Assembly: GCA_044892525.1 (NCBI GenBank)
Contig: CM097885.1
Location: 7,442,001 to 7,502,000, forward strand
Direction of reading: 5' to 3'
DNA from: Schmidtea polychroa
Lineage: Eukaryota
DNA length: 60,000 nt
How positions within the stretch are numbered: position 1 is the first letter of the stretch; each line of letters begins with the position of its first letter. Positions 12,529 through 26,960 of the stretch are shown here, one piece after another. Below the pieces are notes generated by a model. The model was not told the origin of the DNA. It ran no database searches and saw only the letters and a list, made by a program, of their open reading frames with translations. Made by a program: the position numbers and the translations under genes.

Positions 12529-13416
12529 CTTATGGCAGCTAATTTTTATTTATCGTTTTTTTGTTTTCGTTTTATCCAAATGTCATTTTATACTTAAATT
12601 TGAGAAGTTCTACATGAATACTTAACTCTACACAGATGGAGTGTCTCAACTGCAACCACAGGCCATATCTCGGAGAAATGATATCACTCACTCAACTTCT
12701 CCATGCACCAATCACCGTCAGTCGTACTATCAGCATTCCATTATGCTACGTGAACAAACAAAATTGAATAATAAAATTTTATTTCTCATATAATTGATCT
12801 TAGCACTATTATCATTTAAATTAAATTAATTTCGTCTAATTTTTTTCGGGACCGAGATCGCAAATAATTTTGAGGCTCTTTATCATTGCACCAGAGGATG
12901 TGTTTGGGAACTTATTGTTCCCAGTTTATGCATTTGAACAGGTCATCTTTCCATGTGTGATTGCTGTTCACTATCCCCGTCAATATCTGGTAAAATTCCT
13001 TGTGGATGTCGTGCTCGACACGACGCAGCCTCTGAATTGAGTCTTGCACCGTTTGTTTGGCCAGCGTGCGAGCCAGTCGCGAATTGATTTACTACTGGCT
13101 ACTTTTTGAGCATAGTTATCTGGGCATTGATTTAGGAATTTATTTTCCGAACTTCACTTCCTCGATACGCGGACTCGATTTGGTAGTTCCAAGCTTCGGT
13201 CTTGGTTACTCTCCACTCGTGTTGATCCACCCAGTTATTACTCGGCCCGGTCCATATTACCTTTCGTCCTGAAACTTAAATATACAATTCATAACTAGGT
13301 CCTCACTCGTATGCATTCCAACAACACATATATCACCATCATTCTCGCCTTCCGATGCTGTATTGTCGACCGACACTCAATTAATTTGTTTCTGTGTATT
13401 TTATAATGGTCTGATA

Positions 13417-13814
13417 CAGGGGTGGGGAGCCTTTTTATTTCCATAGGCCACATTGAAATTTGTCGCCTCCAAATGGGGCCGCAGTCAAAAAGTATTTTAA
13501 CATTAATTAATTTCATTTTATATCTTTTGTTTATACACAGTTAGTAATTAAAACAATCTTTATAATCAGTCTCAATAATCTTATTTATTCGTCTACATAC
13601 GTTTTGTATTTATGGGTGTGAATGATTAAGTTTTATATTTCGTTCTTTGTACTCGGCGGGATGCTTGTACAGTACGGTATATGCAGTTCAGTAGTTACAA
13701 GTATTCTTATTTGTAAATCCTCAAAATTCATGGTTTTTTATATAAATTAAGATTTATTTCGATAAGATTCCGTAGGCCGCATGTGGCCTAAAGGCGTCAA
13801 GTTCCCAACCCCTG
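13417..13814. mobile_element. hAT (Charlie-type) MITE
   Basis: CAGGGGTGGGGA...TCCCAACCCCTG termini; 8-bp TSD gtctgata/gtctaata. Confidence 0.85.
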
Positions 13815-16800
13815 GTCTAATAATTTCCATGACATAAATTTATCACATTTAACCGAAAAAAACTCGCTCGTCCCTGTGCGTTGCATTGGTTTTCCTTTGG
13901 CTTCGATCATACCACTAATGTTAACTCTCGTACATAAAAATTTAAAGTTAAAATTAATTTAAACATCAAATATATCCACATCTCTTACCTCTTTCAAAAT
14001 CTTCTGACGAAAGGCCAAGTTCGTTATTTCGTAAATTTCTTGGTTCAGTCATTTCGATTTATTATCAAATGCGAAAGAGAAGAATGCTTTGACTTAAATA
14101 CTAGCTAGTTTAGGTGAGTGCCTATCTACACTGGTCATTGTGGCACACCGATGTGTTCATTGGGGATTTTCTTTAGTGCATGCTAGTTATGCTAGCGTTA
14201 TCTTTTACAGAAGTTGATGTGCAAACGGATTTGTGCCAAATCCACTTGACAAAAATATTTTGAGAGAAAGAGACCTTTTTATTTTTACATTAGACTACTT
14301 CTAGGACACTTTATGCTGCCTTGTTTGTACTTGTTTACTAGGTTTTTTATGTTTCAAAATTGCCTATCAGCAGTATAATACCAATAGTACACTTAAACTC
14401 ACATTACTCTTTTTTGAATTTCTAGCTTTCATATACTACCTATACTATTTACCCAACAATCTCCGAACATCAATACCCTCTACTTTGATTTCTCTGAAAT
14501 CAACCTCCTCCACCATCCTTACTAAAACCATCCTAACATTACTTCATAACTCTATTTCTACCTTACCACTACAATAAAAAATGTTGTTAAAATTAACAAT
14601 ATTAAACGAATTCATTGTTAGTATCACTTTTCCATCTTTGCCAATTGATGCTTACATTTATTTATTCATAGCTATTCTTATCTGTCTTGTCTTTATTTTA
14701 TTTAAATTTACACAAAAAAAATTAAAATTAAATTGTTGTGGTTTTACTAAAGTTTTACTTCTCACAGTTTCCTACGAGTTCTAGTTATCGTATTCAAAAT
14801 AAAAGGTTATGTGTATAATTATAATCAACTCAAATAAACAAAAGAGTGATTTAAGGTTATAAGATTTTATTTCTTTCTAAGACGAAATCAAATAAAGAAC
14901 ATCTATCGCTGTTAAATCTTTCCAGAGTTTGGGGTGGAATTCGAGATTCTCTACTGCTTTGATCCGGTTTTCACCGCCAGGTTCTGTACCTTCCTGAATC
15001 GTAATTTGGAACAATCACATTATTTATAATCTTTATAAAATTTCAAATATTTATTTAGGTGAAATTGATGAAATTTTATTTCATTTTAATGATGTCTCAT
15101 TAGTTATTTTGATCAATCCTCCTTTACAACTCCATCTTCCACAGATCGTTGCTTTGATACATCTTTAACTTTTTGTTCATGGAGCTATACATTTGCCATT
15201 CCACGACGTCTACTCAAACTTCATTTATGTCCATGCTAGATTAATTTGGTTCTATCACTAACTTCCGAGCCCGAGATTCATTGGGAAAAAGTTTGAGTAT
15301 TGTCTACCGGCCTCACTCGAACTTCTTTCGCCAACAGCCACGAGTAGGTCTAACTACATCCTGATATCTATTCATTATTCATTGCTTGCCGTATGTACTA
15401 TTTACTGTATATTGTGACCATTTTATCAATATCATTATTAGAATCGCACATTTAATTGTTTAAATAAATTGGAAAAAAATTGATCAAAATTATTATAATA
15501 AAAACTTTAATAGCATTCACAAAATTAAGAGAGAACTAATGAAAACTAAATAAACTATTCCGTGACTGTTGAGATCACTACTTCAAAATGTCACCTTGGT
15601 TATTTACCATTGAAAGATCTAATCCTGCTATCTTAAATTCGATTCTGCTTTCATGGCATATAATTTCTCTCATTATCTTTTTATCCTGCGAACGATCTCT
15701 CTACTACATATCCCTTTACCCAATCTAATCAGTCTGTTTTATAACTGAACATCAATTTTTATTTTAATTTACGATAAAATCGAGATGGATGAGTATCTTT
15801 TGTTTCAGGACCTAAGTCGTTCTAAAGTTGCTAAAAAATGAAAACATTTCAATTTTACACATTTATAAAACATAATAAAGATAAAAATTTATTGATATTG
15901 CATGAAAATGATTACAAAGAAATAAAACGAAAACTTCACGTCCAAATATAATCGTAAAATATAAATATTTCATGATTTTTTGAATTCTTTTTCCTTGTCC
16001 CTCTTTTGGGTTAACTCGTATCTTCTTCTAACGACTCGATCTCTATCTGTGATTCTTTTTCCGAGCATTTTCAATTTATTTTCAGATTTTTATTCTCCCT
16101 GTTTTCTCTAATTTTTCTTCAAAATTGTTGGTGCTGATGATCTATTTATTCATCTATTTATTATTTTAATTCGAAAAATCAATACTAATGGTACATTAAC
16201 TTTGCTTTAAAATTAAATAACATCTAATATACCAAAGGGCATTATGCCAGCGACTAAATGACAATAAATAAGAGTCTCAATAATATAAAAACCTAAACAA
16301 TAATAAATGTGTGTATCATTAATAAATTTGAAGAACTTCAATCACGTTCAAGAGGTATAAAATTACCAAATTCTCAACAATTATATAGATTTATTGATAA
16401 CAAAATTGACAACACATAACATAACACTGAACTCCAAAATTTGTATACAAATAGCAAATAATTACAGAACCCTGTCGGACACACAGACATAGGTATGAAA
16501 TTCAATATTGAGACGATTTTGCAAATGAAATAATTTTCCTTTCTTTAGTTCCTTTGATCAACCTTCAATTCTTTTATTGTCACTTTAAAATTTTTGAAAT
16601 GTTTTGTTAGTCTTTTTGTAGTGATTTTTCTTCACGGTACCTTTATACAATTCCAGTTACACATCAATCCAACAATTATTTCCTTCAAGCTCGTATCTAG
16701 CTTTGGCACACAAGAAATTATTAAAAAATCAATTTTGAATTTTAAAATTTGCTTATGAACCCTATTTTGAAAACAATTAAGTAAATAAATTTTTTAATTA

Positions 16801-18657
16801 ATTTCGGCTTTTTTTCTCTTTACAGGTTCAAAAGTTCAATGATTTTAGTAATTTGTATTATTTAATATAATTTTCATAAGTTTACGGGTCAATTTCAAAT
16901 TAACAACAGTATATTAATGCGGGAAAAGTTTAGTAATTTGGACAAATTATTACATAATTAATTCGAGAATTATGAGTGAATGACAGTTGTAATGGCAATT
17001 GTGGAAGGGTTTGGGAAATTGACTCAATAAAAAGTAATATGATGGAGATTGGAAATTGTTTGTAAGGTGTGTATTTTGATAGACTCGTCTTTTCTATAAT
17101 TCCCTTGATCAAGAAGGCAAAACCAAATGGTACTTCAATACTCCACTTTATCCAAAACATCCACCTGCATTGACATAATTATGTGTTACACTTAAAATGA
17201 AAGGAAAAATCAATAATATATTATCCTCCAAACAATCAATAAATTATCTATAAAACGATGAGAATAAATTTAAACGTTGATTTCATACAGAGGTAAGCTG
17301 GAAACATTTTGGGCTCAACATATGTGAGGAATTGATTAAAATATGAAAACATCATTTCTTGAATAATTTTTAATGTTGTTTGAATAATATGTACTTTTGA
17401 CTCGACTTTCAAATGACGCATTCTACCACATACCATTCAAAACTCAATAAATAGTAGCAGGCAAATAACGAGGAATCATATATTACACATACATTACATT
17501 GGAGAAAACCTCTTGACCAAATCTTTACGTGCTGATAAATTATGCGAGATAATTATTTAATTTAACAAATCTAATTGTGTGCATGCATTTACAGTGAGGG
17601 GGCAGAGACTCATTAGTACGTACGCAGAATGGAAATGGAAGTTAATTTTCAATATATTGATGTCTCAACAAGAGTTTGATTAAATATAATAGTAAATAGC
17701 CAAACATTTATATTGAGGTTACAACTTTACTAAATAAATTAGCTATATTAAATTAAGTAAAAGATTTATTAAATTTATTCTGTTTTAAGGAGCCTATGAT
17801 GATTTTCAGCCCGTTTGGGGTATAAAATCATTTTTCCCCGACAAAAACTTAATATATATATATACAAAATTATACATTTACTTACTTATTTACTAAACTT
17901 GATGAATGAATAAATTATCTGATGCAAAACCGAAATCACATAAATTTTTTAAATGACTTCCATTTTATCATTGTAAACAAACAAATTTCATCTTTCCGGA
18001 TTTCAAATATGATTACGTTCATCAGTTTCAATTATAAATATTTGAAATTAATTTAATCAACATGCAAAAAAATGTTATTTATCTACAATAATTACCAAAT
18101 TCAATTCAAACTATTTACTAACAATTTCCAATTTGAAATAATCAAAATGCCGAACTTTATTTGTTACTAAAACAAACCGAAACTCACTAGCAAACGGCTC
18201 ATTTAAACAATGCCAACATTTGACATAATAGAATAAACAAATCTAAATTAATAACAATGAAAATAATTTTTAGTTGCTTTTTTCGAAAAGAATATCAAAG
18301 CTTTATAATAGCATAAAACATTTATTTGAAACAAAACACGTATTAAATGTGTATAGATATCTACATAAATAAGTTATAAAGAAATAACAACAAAATTCTA
18401 CACAGCCTTATCAAATAATAATTATTATGCTCAGGAATGTAATCGAAAATTAAAGCTATCAAATTATCGAGTACTGTACAGTGCAATAAATTGTGTGCAA
18501 TTAACGAAATACACACAAACTCCAACCTCCGCACACAAACTACACACAGACAATATCAAAATACACACGGGCAATTACAAAATACACACAAAACATATTC
18601 GGAAGGCAAAATGTAAGAATATTTGAATCAATTACAAATCAATTGCAAATAATAAAA

Positions 18658-20157
18658 TTAAACTCCATTTATCTGTAAATTGGAATCATCATTGACGCGT
18701 TTCCATAGAATCACATGGCCCTTATCATCGCACGACGCAAGCACCAGTTCATCACAACTGACCGCAACATCGATAACCGAGCCTCTGTGACCCTGCAGCA
18801 TATTGATGTAATGTTTCGGTGAATTCAACTGTCCAGCGGTCACGTCGAACATCAAAACGTTCCCATCTTCACTGCCAGTGACAACGCACGCTCCTTGTCG
18901 GAACGAGATCAACGGACAGAAGCAGCTGTGAATCATTTTCTCGGTGTGCCGAATCGGGAATTTATTTTTGAGAACGATTTGCCCATCTGTCGAGGCGATC
19001 CGAAAGAATAGAAGGGAATTAATGGACGCGTTGACAAGCAGGCACGGATCACGAGCTTCCCGATTAATCCAAGCGCGTGACGCCAAGCTGGAAATAGTGC
19101 ACGGTTTTGTCGACACGGTCAAACGTTTGGCTCGATTAATTTTTCCGGTTCCAACTTCGAATAGATATGACTGGATAATTCCTTGAGTGTTGCCAATCCA
19201 TAAACATTCCCCGATTGATTCTTCGAATGTCATCGAGGTAATCATTCCACCCAATTTATCTCGACCGGATTTTACCGCTTTTCCAGTAGACAAATTGACA
19301 ACTTGAATGACTCCATCGGATCCGCCGGCAACAAATAAATTGTTATTCATCGGCTGAAATGCAACAGTTAATACTTCCTTTCCTATATTTAATTCCTTTG
19401 ATGTGTAAATACGAGCCAGAGACGATGATTCTACATTCCATAAACAAACCGTTGAATCTCGAGAAGCAGTGAGAATGAAATCGTTGGCGCTCGACCACGC
19501 TAAATCTGTGATTCCACTTTTGTGTTGGTCTTTCATTATTGCCAATACGCGCTCTTCTTGAAATGGCCACGTACAACAAATTGATAATGAACCGTCGTCA
19601 CAGCCGATTGCTAACCTTGAGGCATTATTATGTGCAAATCTGATTCGATTAACTGCAGTTGAGCAATGATCAAAGATGTGTTTGATTCCAGTGAAAGCAT
19701 AACCTTCTTCTACTGAATCGTTTCCCGCTAATGCTCGACTAGCCGAGGCAATTTTTGTCGGTACGACTTCTGCAATTCGACTAATAAAAGATTTATTTCC
19801 AGAAATCGGAGATAATCCATCAGATAAATCAAGATCCATTTGTCTGATTAACGATGGCAAGCTTGGGGTTCGACTTTTTGATCTGAGAGAATTGGATCCT
19901 CCTTCTGAACCACTGGATATTATTGGCCCGTAAAGATTACACAATATTTGTTTTCGGATTAAGTAATATTTATAACGAATCTGGGGATCTTGGTTGACAA
20001 ATGATTTATTCTGAAAATACTCTCTAGATAATTGTGTACGACGACGTAAATAAAGATTTCTGTTTTGATGATCACGCTTATTAGGAAATCTGTAATTATT
20101 ATACAGAGCATCCTGAGCTAAAACTTGTTGCCACACATTCTGTCGTGATATAGACAT
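18658..20157 (-). CDS. WDR13: WD repeat-containing protein 13, single exon, 499 aa
   Basis: VWQQVLAQDALYNNYR, YAFTGIKHIFD, FQPMNNNL, WINREARDPCLLVN, FCPLISFRQGACVVTGSEDG, LQGH...ELVLAS match recalled WDR13 motifs; uninterrupted ORF. Confidence 0.96.
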   Translation of the reverse strand: MSISRQNVWQQVLAQDALYNNYRFPNKRDHQNRNLYLRRRTQLSREYFQNKSFVNQDPQIRYKYYLIRKQILCNLYGPIISSGSEGGSNSLRSKSRTPSLPSLIRQMDLDLSDGLSPISGNKSFISRIAEVVPTKIASASRALAGNDSVEEGYAFTGIKHIFDHCSTAVNRIRFAHNNASRLAIGCDDGSLSICCTWPFQEERVLAIMKDQHKSGITDLAWSSANDFILTASRDSTVCLWNVESSSLARIYTSKELNIGKEVLTVAFQPMNNNLFVAGGSDGVIQVVNLSTGKAVKSGRDKLGGMITSMTFEESIGECLWIGNTQGIIQSYLFEVGTGKINRAKRLTVSTKPCTISSLASRAWINREARDPCLLVNASINSLLFFRIASTDGQIVLKNKFPIRHTEKMIHSCFCPLISFRQGACVVTGSEDGNVLMFDVTAGQLNSPKHYINMLQGHRGSVIDVAVSCDELVLASCDDKGHVILWKRVNDDSNLQINGV

Positions 20158-20945
20158 ACGTAAGTCATCAATGTGAATTATAAAGAGACTAAAATATTAT
20201 TGAAAGTTTATTTTAAATTAATTACTTAAATTTTTAAAAATTATCAAAGATATGATATTTTTATAAAAAACATTAAAAGGTTGTTAAAATACACTAAATT
20301 GAAAAATTGCTAACGATAAATTAACATATTTAAACACTAAATTGCGGAAAATATTTTTTGAAATAAGAAGTTTAAACTTAAATAATTTTTTAAAAAATTA
20401 ATATTTTTTAAAAGCAACAAATTTGTTATTAAAATAAATAATTTTTAATCGCAAAATTAAAATGATAAAGAATTAATGTTTTTCCAAAGATATTTTTCCA
20501 AAATAGATCATCGATGTTAAACACTGTTATTGTTCTTGTCTTATAAGATCTTATAAAAATTATAAGATCTAAGATATATTTACTTAAAAACTCAACCTGC
20601 ACTGATTCCAATATCAATAAAAAACAAGTGTGGCTTTAAAAATTTCATTAAAATAAAATTTACAATAAATGTCGACTTTCACAACAATTGGTTTTTCAAA
20701 TTGATGGAAAATCGTCGTATATATTTGTTATCTGTTTTATAGTGCGTGTTAACATTTTTTAACATTAAAAATATTTAAATTTTATATAAAAGTGATTCCT
20801 GTTTATACATATGGATTTTAAAACAATTATTTTCTGCTTATGAGAAAATATAAATATAAATATTTTCTATTTATGCAGGAATGGATTCCTTCTTATACTG
20901 ACATTTAAAAGTGTATTTATCAAACTAAATTAATATTATTTACAC

Positions 20946-21873
20946 CAGCGCTTCTCAACCTTTCTGTTATTGCGACTCAGTTTACCAACGTAAATATTCT
21001 CGCCCCCCCCCCTTTTGATCTATCGAAAATTATGGTGTCATAATAAAAACGGTCCGATATTCGTACATTTAATTTTATTGGTAAAATGCGACTGTTTGCT
21101 ATAAATGCACAGCAATGTATACGTCTATTCCTACCCTTTATACCAACGCATACTAAAACACAGGCCTAACACAAGTAGTGGGAGGTTGGGGTATTGTCCC
21201 GTCTGCCAATTCCGAATGCATATGAGTTTCGGGAGGTTGTCATTGTATGTGTGTGCAGTATATGGGCAACTAGCGCCTCCTGGCGCTTGGAATCATAAAC
21301 GGTTGACAGATGTTACCCAACGCCGAAATGCATGATCGGTCATCTCGCGCTCGCGAATGTGGCTGTGTGGAATGTGACCATCCTGTGAACGCACGGAACC
21401 TCTGCTCACATATTATCAGCATATTTCAAAGCATATCTATGTTCCTAGAACATAGAACCCTATAACTCCAAGTCAGCGATATGTATGATAGAAGAGCGAG
21501 ACGTACGGTAGCATGTTTATGTCGCGTGGTTCGTACCAAAATATATTTTGTAATATAATAAATTGTAAGATAAACCACGCCTAAAACACGCAAATTGTTA
21601 ACCACGTTTTATTTTTATGATAACAATTTGCGCTTTTTACATGTTATTTATCAACTTATAATTCCTGTTGGTTTATTATAACATATATGAAAAAAGCAAA
21701 ACTTGCTACCCAAGACATAATTTGAAATTTAAGCTAATGTTCTTTATACTCTAAATTTTTTTTTACTTGAATCGTAAAAACGAGTTATATTTATTTAAAT
21801 GAATTTATTGTGGCCCGTGATAGTATTTTTCCGAAAATTTGGCCCTTCGATTGATTTGGGTTGGCCACCACTG
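20946..21873. mobile_element. hAT (Charlie-type) MITE remnant(s)
   Basis: CAGCGCTTCTCAACCT start and GGTTGGCCACCACTG end; termini and flanks do not match well, so possibly two fragments. Confidence 0.45.
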
Positions 21874-22209
21874 GTTTAGTACATTTTTACAGAATACACT
21901 TATTTTGACTCCCATTTTCAAAAGGCAATTAAATTTCTTATTATTAATCAAGATACTAATACTGGGTTTAGCCCGTCCCCTTATATCGTATTTCATTACA
22001 CTTCAATACCTTTCAATACCTTTATCTATTTGATCTACAGTATCTAAGCATATAACATCAAGCATGCCACAATCATCATGCGAAATTTTGTCAAAAAATT
22101 CAATTTCATGCAAACAATTACAAACATTCTCATACATACAATAATTGCTCAAGATCTTACTTACATTTAGTTTATTTATCATTTATTTATTTACATTTAT
22201 CATTTCATC

Positions 22210-22668
22210 CTGTGTTGGAAAATAAGATTCTCGTCACATCCTTGGTCTGCTAAGGCTGCCATATTCTGCTAATATTGGTAGGTTTCAGTTCTCTGAAATC
22301 AAAGCATTTGAATTTGAAGTGGCCTGCCTTCTTACAATGAGAACATTTTATGTTCGGACATTGAGCCCTTATATGTCCTACTTCTTTGCATTGACGTCAT
22401 TGTTCTGATCGTAGTTGTTAATATTATCGATTTGACTGATCAAATGAATTTGAAAAATTAGATCTGGTTTGTGACATCTGCATTGAAGGTCGGTGAGGTA
22501 AACTCCTTTGATCTAAAATTCTATTATTGGTTGTAAATGGTTCTCTGCGTGGGTTGGAGTTTTCTCAAAATCTTTGTTGTTGAAGTCGTGGTTGAGATTG
22601 TCAGTATTTTTGAGAAAGATATTGGCTCCGATTTTGGACTACATTTCCATAACTTCTTTTGAATGATT
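22210..22668 (-). pseudogene. Retrotransposon gag fragment with two CCHC zinc knuckles
   Basis: Minus-strand frame reads *RQCKEVGHIRAQCPNIKCSHCKKAGHFKFKC (first Cys replaced by TGA); abuts an LTR family A start at 22670. Confidence 0.75.
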
Positions 22669-22669
22669 T

Positions 22670-22840
22670 TGTTGAGAATACCTAAATAACAAATTTATAA
22701 ATAAATAAATAAAATTACTTGGGGAAGATCGTCATGACAAATGAGACGATCTATGGGTACTCAGAAAAGAAAAAAAAAGAAATGAGAAATGAGAAAGATG
22801 AATGAAACAAAAGAAATCAGACATGTAAACAGAAACAATA
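22670..22840 (+). mobile_element. 5' fragment of LTR family A
   Basis: tgttgagaatacctaaat...ggggaagatcgtcatgacaaatgagacgat, similar to 41630-41700 and to the reverse complement of 3770-3861. Confidence 0.6.
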
Positions 22841-23006
22841 TATATATATATATTATATTACTAAATTTAATTATAAATTACAAACACAATTTCAAATATT
22901 TAAGTTGTTAATAGTTCATTTTAAATATTACAATTAATTCAGTGAAAATTAATTTAGATTTGATTGATTAAATATTTAACATTTTTTTAACCTAAATTTA
23001 TTATAA

Positions 23007-23160
<154 letters not shown>

Positions 23161-23552
23161 GATAAAGTTTATAATTTATAAAGAAAATATATAAATAAAA
23201 TATCCCATTATTATATTCACTGTTTAATACTTCAAGAACTCAAATATTATTCATTTTCAAACCCATCGTTTTAGGGAGAGAAAATTCGAATTCATAGGAA
23301 CTTTACAACTGCTATGATTGGAGCAAATTATTTGTTTCAATAAATATAATAAAACCCCTTTTCCATTATTTTTACTTCTTCCACATATAGAGAAAACGAT
23401 TTAAATTATTTCAAGTAAGTACAAATAAAACATTTAAATTAAACTTTGTTCGTAATCAGAATTTTATTCTTTTAAATGCTTGTTTTAATTTACAAAGGGA
23501 AAATATATTGTCATTTATTATCTTTTCCCAATACTTTAATTCAGTGAGTTAC

Positions 23553-23740
<188 letters not shown>

Positions 23741-24467
23741 AATAAATATTGTTATTTTTAATTCAAAATGATCAATAATGAATATATTAAAATTTGTATG
23801 CCTAGATAATTAATATAATGCTCAAATTACGTATAGCAAAGCAAACCTTTGATATCAGACTTCTTGCAGTTTGTTGATAACTGGAAGGGTTACAAATGTA
23901 GTTGTAAAGCACTGAATTCTTCTGTTAAAATTTCTCACTCAAGCAGTAAATTACCAATGAGATTGATAAATTATAAATTATAAATTATTATAAACGAAGT
24001 ACCAATAATATATTTATAAGGAGAGATTATATTTGATATTTTATACTACATAAATTATCATTATAATGCCGAGCTAAGATGAATGATGCGAAAACATATA
24101 TGCGTGAAATTCTAAGAGAAATTAAAGAATGCACTAGTAAGAGTGATTTGTATCAATAAAGATTCTTAAACTAATAATTCTCACTTTCTAAGTTATGCAT
24201 ATGACAAGCAGTATAAATGGTTATTCAATTGTTTGAGTTTGGATTTCATGAAATTAATATTGAACTCAAATGTATTTTTAAACAATGCTAATGAAAATAT
24301 TATGGAAAAATATATTGTTTATTTTAAAGAGGAAAAAAGGAAGACAGTTTAATAATAACAATGAAATGATAATAATAAAAAATAATACTAAAATAATAAT
24401 TATATAATAACAATTTAATAATAATAATTATAATGATAATAATTAATAATAATTAATGATAATAACT

Positions 24468-24652
24468 GTTGATGATTTCTAGGTAGCAGCATTAATTAAA
24501 TTTTAAACAATTAAATGATAATTTAAGCCTTTTGCTGCGAATAATATATTTAATACAATTGACAAGGGCTACCTTATAGTCAAATTTTTTTTATTTGTAT
24601 TAAATATATTATTCTCACCAAGAGGCTTAAATTATCATTTAATTGTTTAAAA
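24468..24652. repeat. Fold-back module (58-bp inverted arms) with one-sided tail, embedded in TAA repeats
   Basis: Arms 24501-24558 and 24595-24652 are reverse complements with 3 mismatches; tail gttgatgatttctaggtagcagc lies outside the left arm. Confidence 0.85.
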
Positions 24653-24656
24653 AATA

Positions 24657-24987
<331 letters not shown>

Positions 24988-26079
24988 ATGATTGGCCTTC
25001 AACAATTAGTGTTCTCCATTATACCATCATAAACCAATTTAGAAGAATTGCTTACAACTGTAGAAAGAAAAGAAACGGAAATTAACACGATTGATCTTGT
25101 AGTAACCTAAATTTTCTCAATTCTACTCATTTTACAATAGTAATTTTCTAATTTTCCCTCTGACAAAACAAATTATAAACATTTTCCCGATTCTGCTAAT
25201 TAGTGCCTGCAATGAATTTATTCGATTAAGAAAATCTTTTTTCCTACTTTTGAAAAATTTTACTTGCAGAGAAAACCAACTGATTTTTCCCCGAGAAAAC
25301 AGGTTTTTGTACTCTCTTTAATTGGAGAAGTCAATTTAGACAGTTCATTAAAACAAATATCTTTAGATATTTTATTCCCAATCCCACATAGACCCATTTG
25401 TGAAATATTTAATTTCCCTATAATATGCAGTAATTGTAATTAAATTTGTTTGAGTGTTTCAATGTTGATTCGGTAGTTAATTAACATTCCCCCTCCCATA
25501 TCCATTGATAACATTTGAAGTTTTTTTCGAGATAGAAAGAGACATAATGCAGAGTTATCCCGGGAAATCGAATTAAAACAAAAATAAACTAAATAAAATG
25601 AATTCAACACAACTTTTTCTCAACACAGACTTAACAACAATTTATTTATTAGGATTATGAAAATAATATCAAAATGAAATGGAAATATATTTGATAATTC
25701 ACGAAGACATATTTTGCCCTAGAAGTATACATATATTACAATATGAAACGCTATTTCTGTTACCCACCGTAATTATTATTATGTAATTATTCAATGTGGT
25801 AAATTTAAAATTTTACAATGACTTATAATTTTAATCGACATGACATTTTTATTTCAATGTTATCTGAAAATCATATTTTGTTTATCGAACGATGCATAAT
25901 TTATCCAATTTAACCAAGTATTTTATTTATACTGTTATACTATATTAAATATTAAAATTTATTTAATGAAAATTAGATTTGAATCTTTGCCTTATATTTT
26001 GTAATTTTAATGTCGTTTAAAGATGTAGATTACTTTAGATTTTATTTGGCAAAATTACAAGACTTAGCTCAAGACGATA

Positions 26080-26960
26080 CAGTGGTAGCTTAATGTCTAA
26101 ACATAAAACAAAACGTAACTAGAAATGCCACTGATCCGTATCGTGGCAGGTTGTAAAAAGGTTTGACAGCGCCGATATGAGACTACTAAAAACTGCTATA
26201 AGTTGACTAAAGGTGGATTTCAATTCAGCTACAGAGTATTGCCATAAGTAAAGGGGCACCCAATAAAATAGAAAAATAGTAGCATCACATTGCAAGAACT
26301 ACAATAAAGTTAAAATACAAAATTTACATTGCCTTATCGTTAGTCATTGTACGAAAACTAACTATAATTGGTTAGCATTTTCCAAATGACTATATAACAT
26401 AGCTCATTTCCAAGGGTTTTCACACTTGTGTTAATCATGCCACGCACTCCAGGTGCCAATTTTTAAGAAGTCGAATTATTGCACAATGTGAGGCAGGAGA
26501 GTCACAAAGAAACGTTGCAGGTGCTTTGCACATGCATCTGTCGACAGTGAACAATATTGTGTGTCAATTTCGTAATTCAGGAAAATCCAGTATCGACCCT
26601 CGTATTGGACACCCAAAACTATCTGAGTGTATTCTTCTGTCAGTGAGACGAATAGCAAATAGCAAAGAAGCTGCTTTATCTGTGTTTACTTTACGGTGTT
26701 AATTGAAGAAGTTGGAATACAATAGCAGAGCTGCAAAACCAAAGCCACTTCTGACACCCAAGAATATTGCCAATCAACTTTCCTGGGCAAAGGATATGAG
26801 AAAAATCCTTATTACTACTGGGAACGTGTTATCTTTAGTGATGAGAGTTCCTTTCAACAGTTCTTCACCTGTGATCTTGTTTGGGTGTGGCATCGACCGA
26901 TCAACACTTGTCTCCAATCCACAATGAAACACAGCTTCTAAAAGTATTTGGTTCAATGGA
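26080..26960 (+). mobile_element. Degraded Tc1-like transposon
   Basis: TA-CAGTGG start; LKKLEYNSRAAKPKPLLTPKN (Tc1/Tc3 HTH linker) followed in a shifted frame by WERVIFSDESSF. Confidence 0.75.

Noticed and set aside
14830..17520. Scattered coding-like patches (14830-15360, 16930-17440)
   Set aside because: No recognisable motifs or consistent splice phases; left uncalled.
17990..18030. CTGATGA...GAAA-tccgga on minus strand as a hammerhead
   Set aside because: No convincing helix II and no correctly placed NUH triplet.
18944..19579. Short ORFs overlapping WDR13
   Set aside because: Shadow or alternate frames of a real CDS.
24468..24540. Tail+arm motif as a C/D-box snoRNA or hammerhead (TGATGA...gctgcGAA)
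   Set aside because: A CTGA D-box appears in only one copy (~55353), the hammerhead core spacing is wrong, and the dispersed inverted-pair pattern fits a mobile element better.
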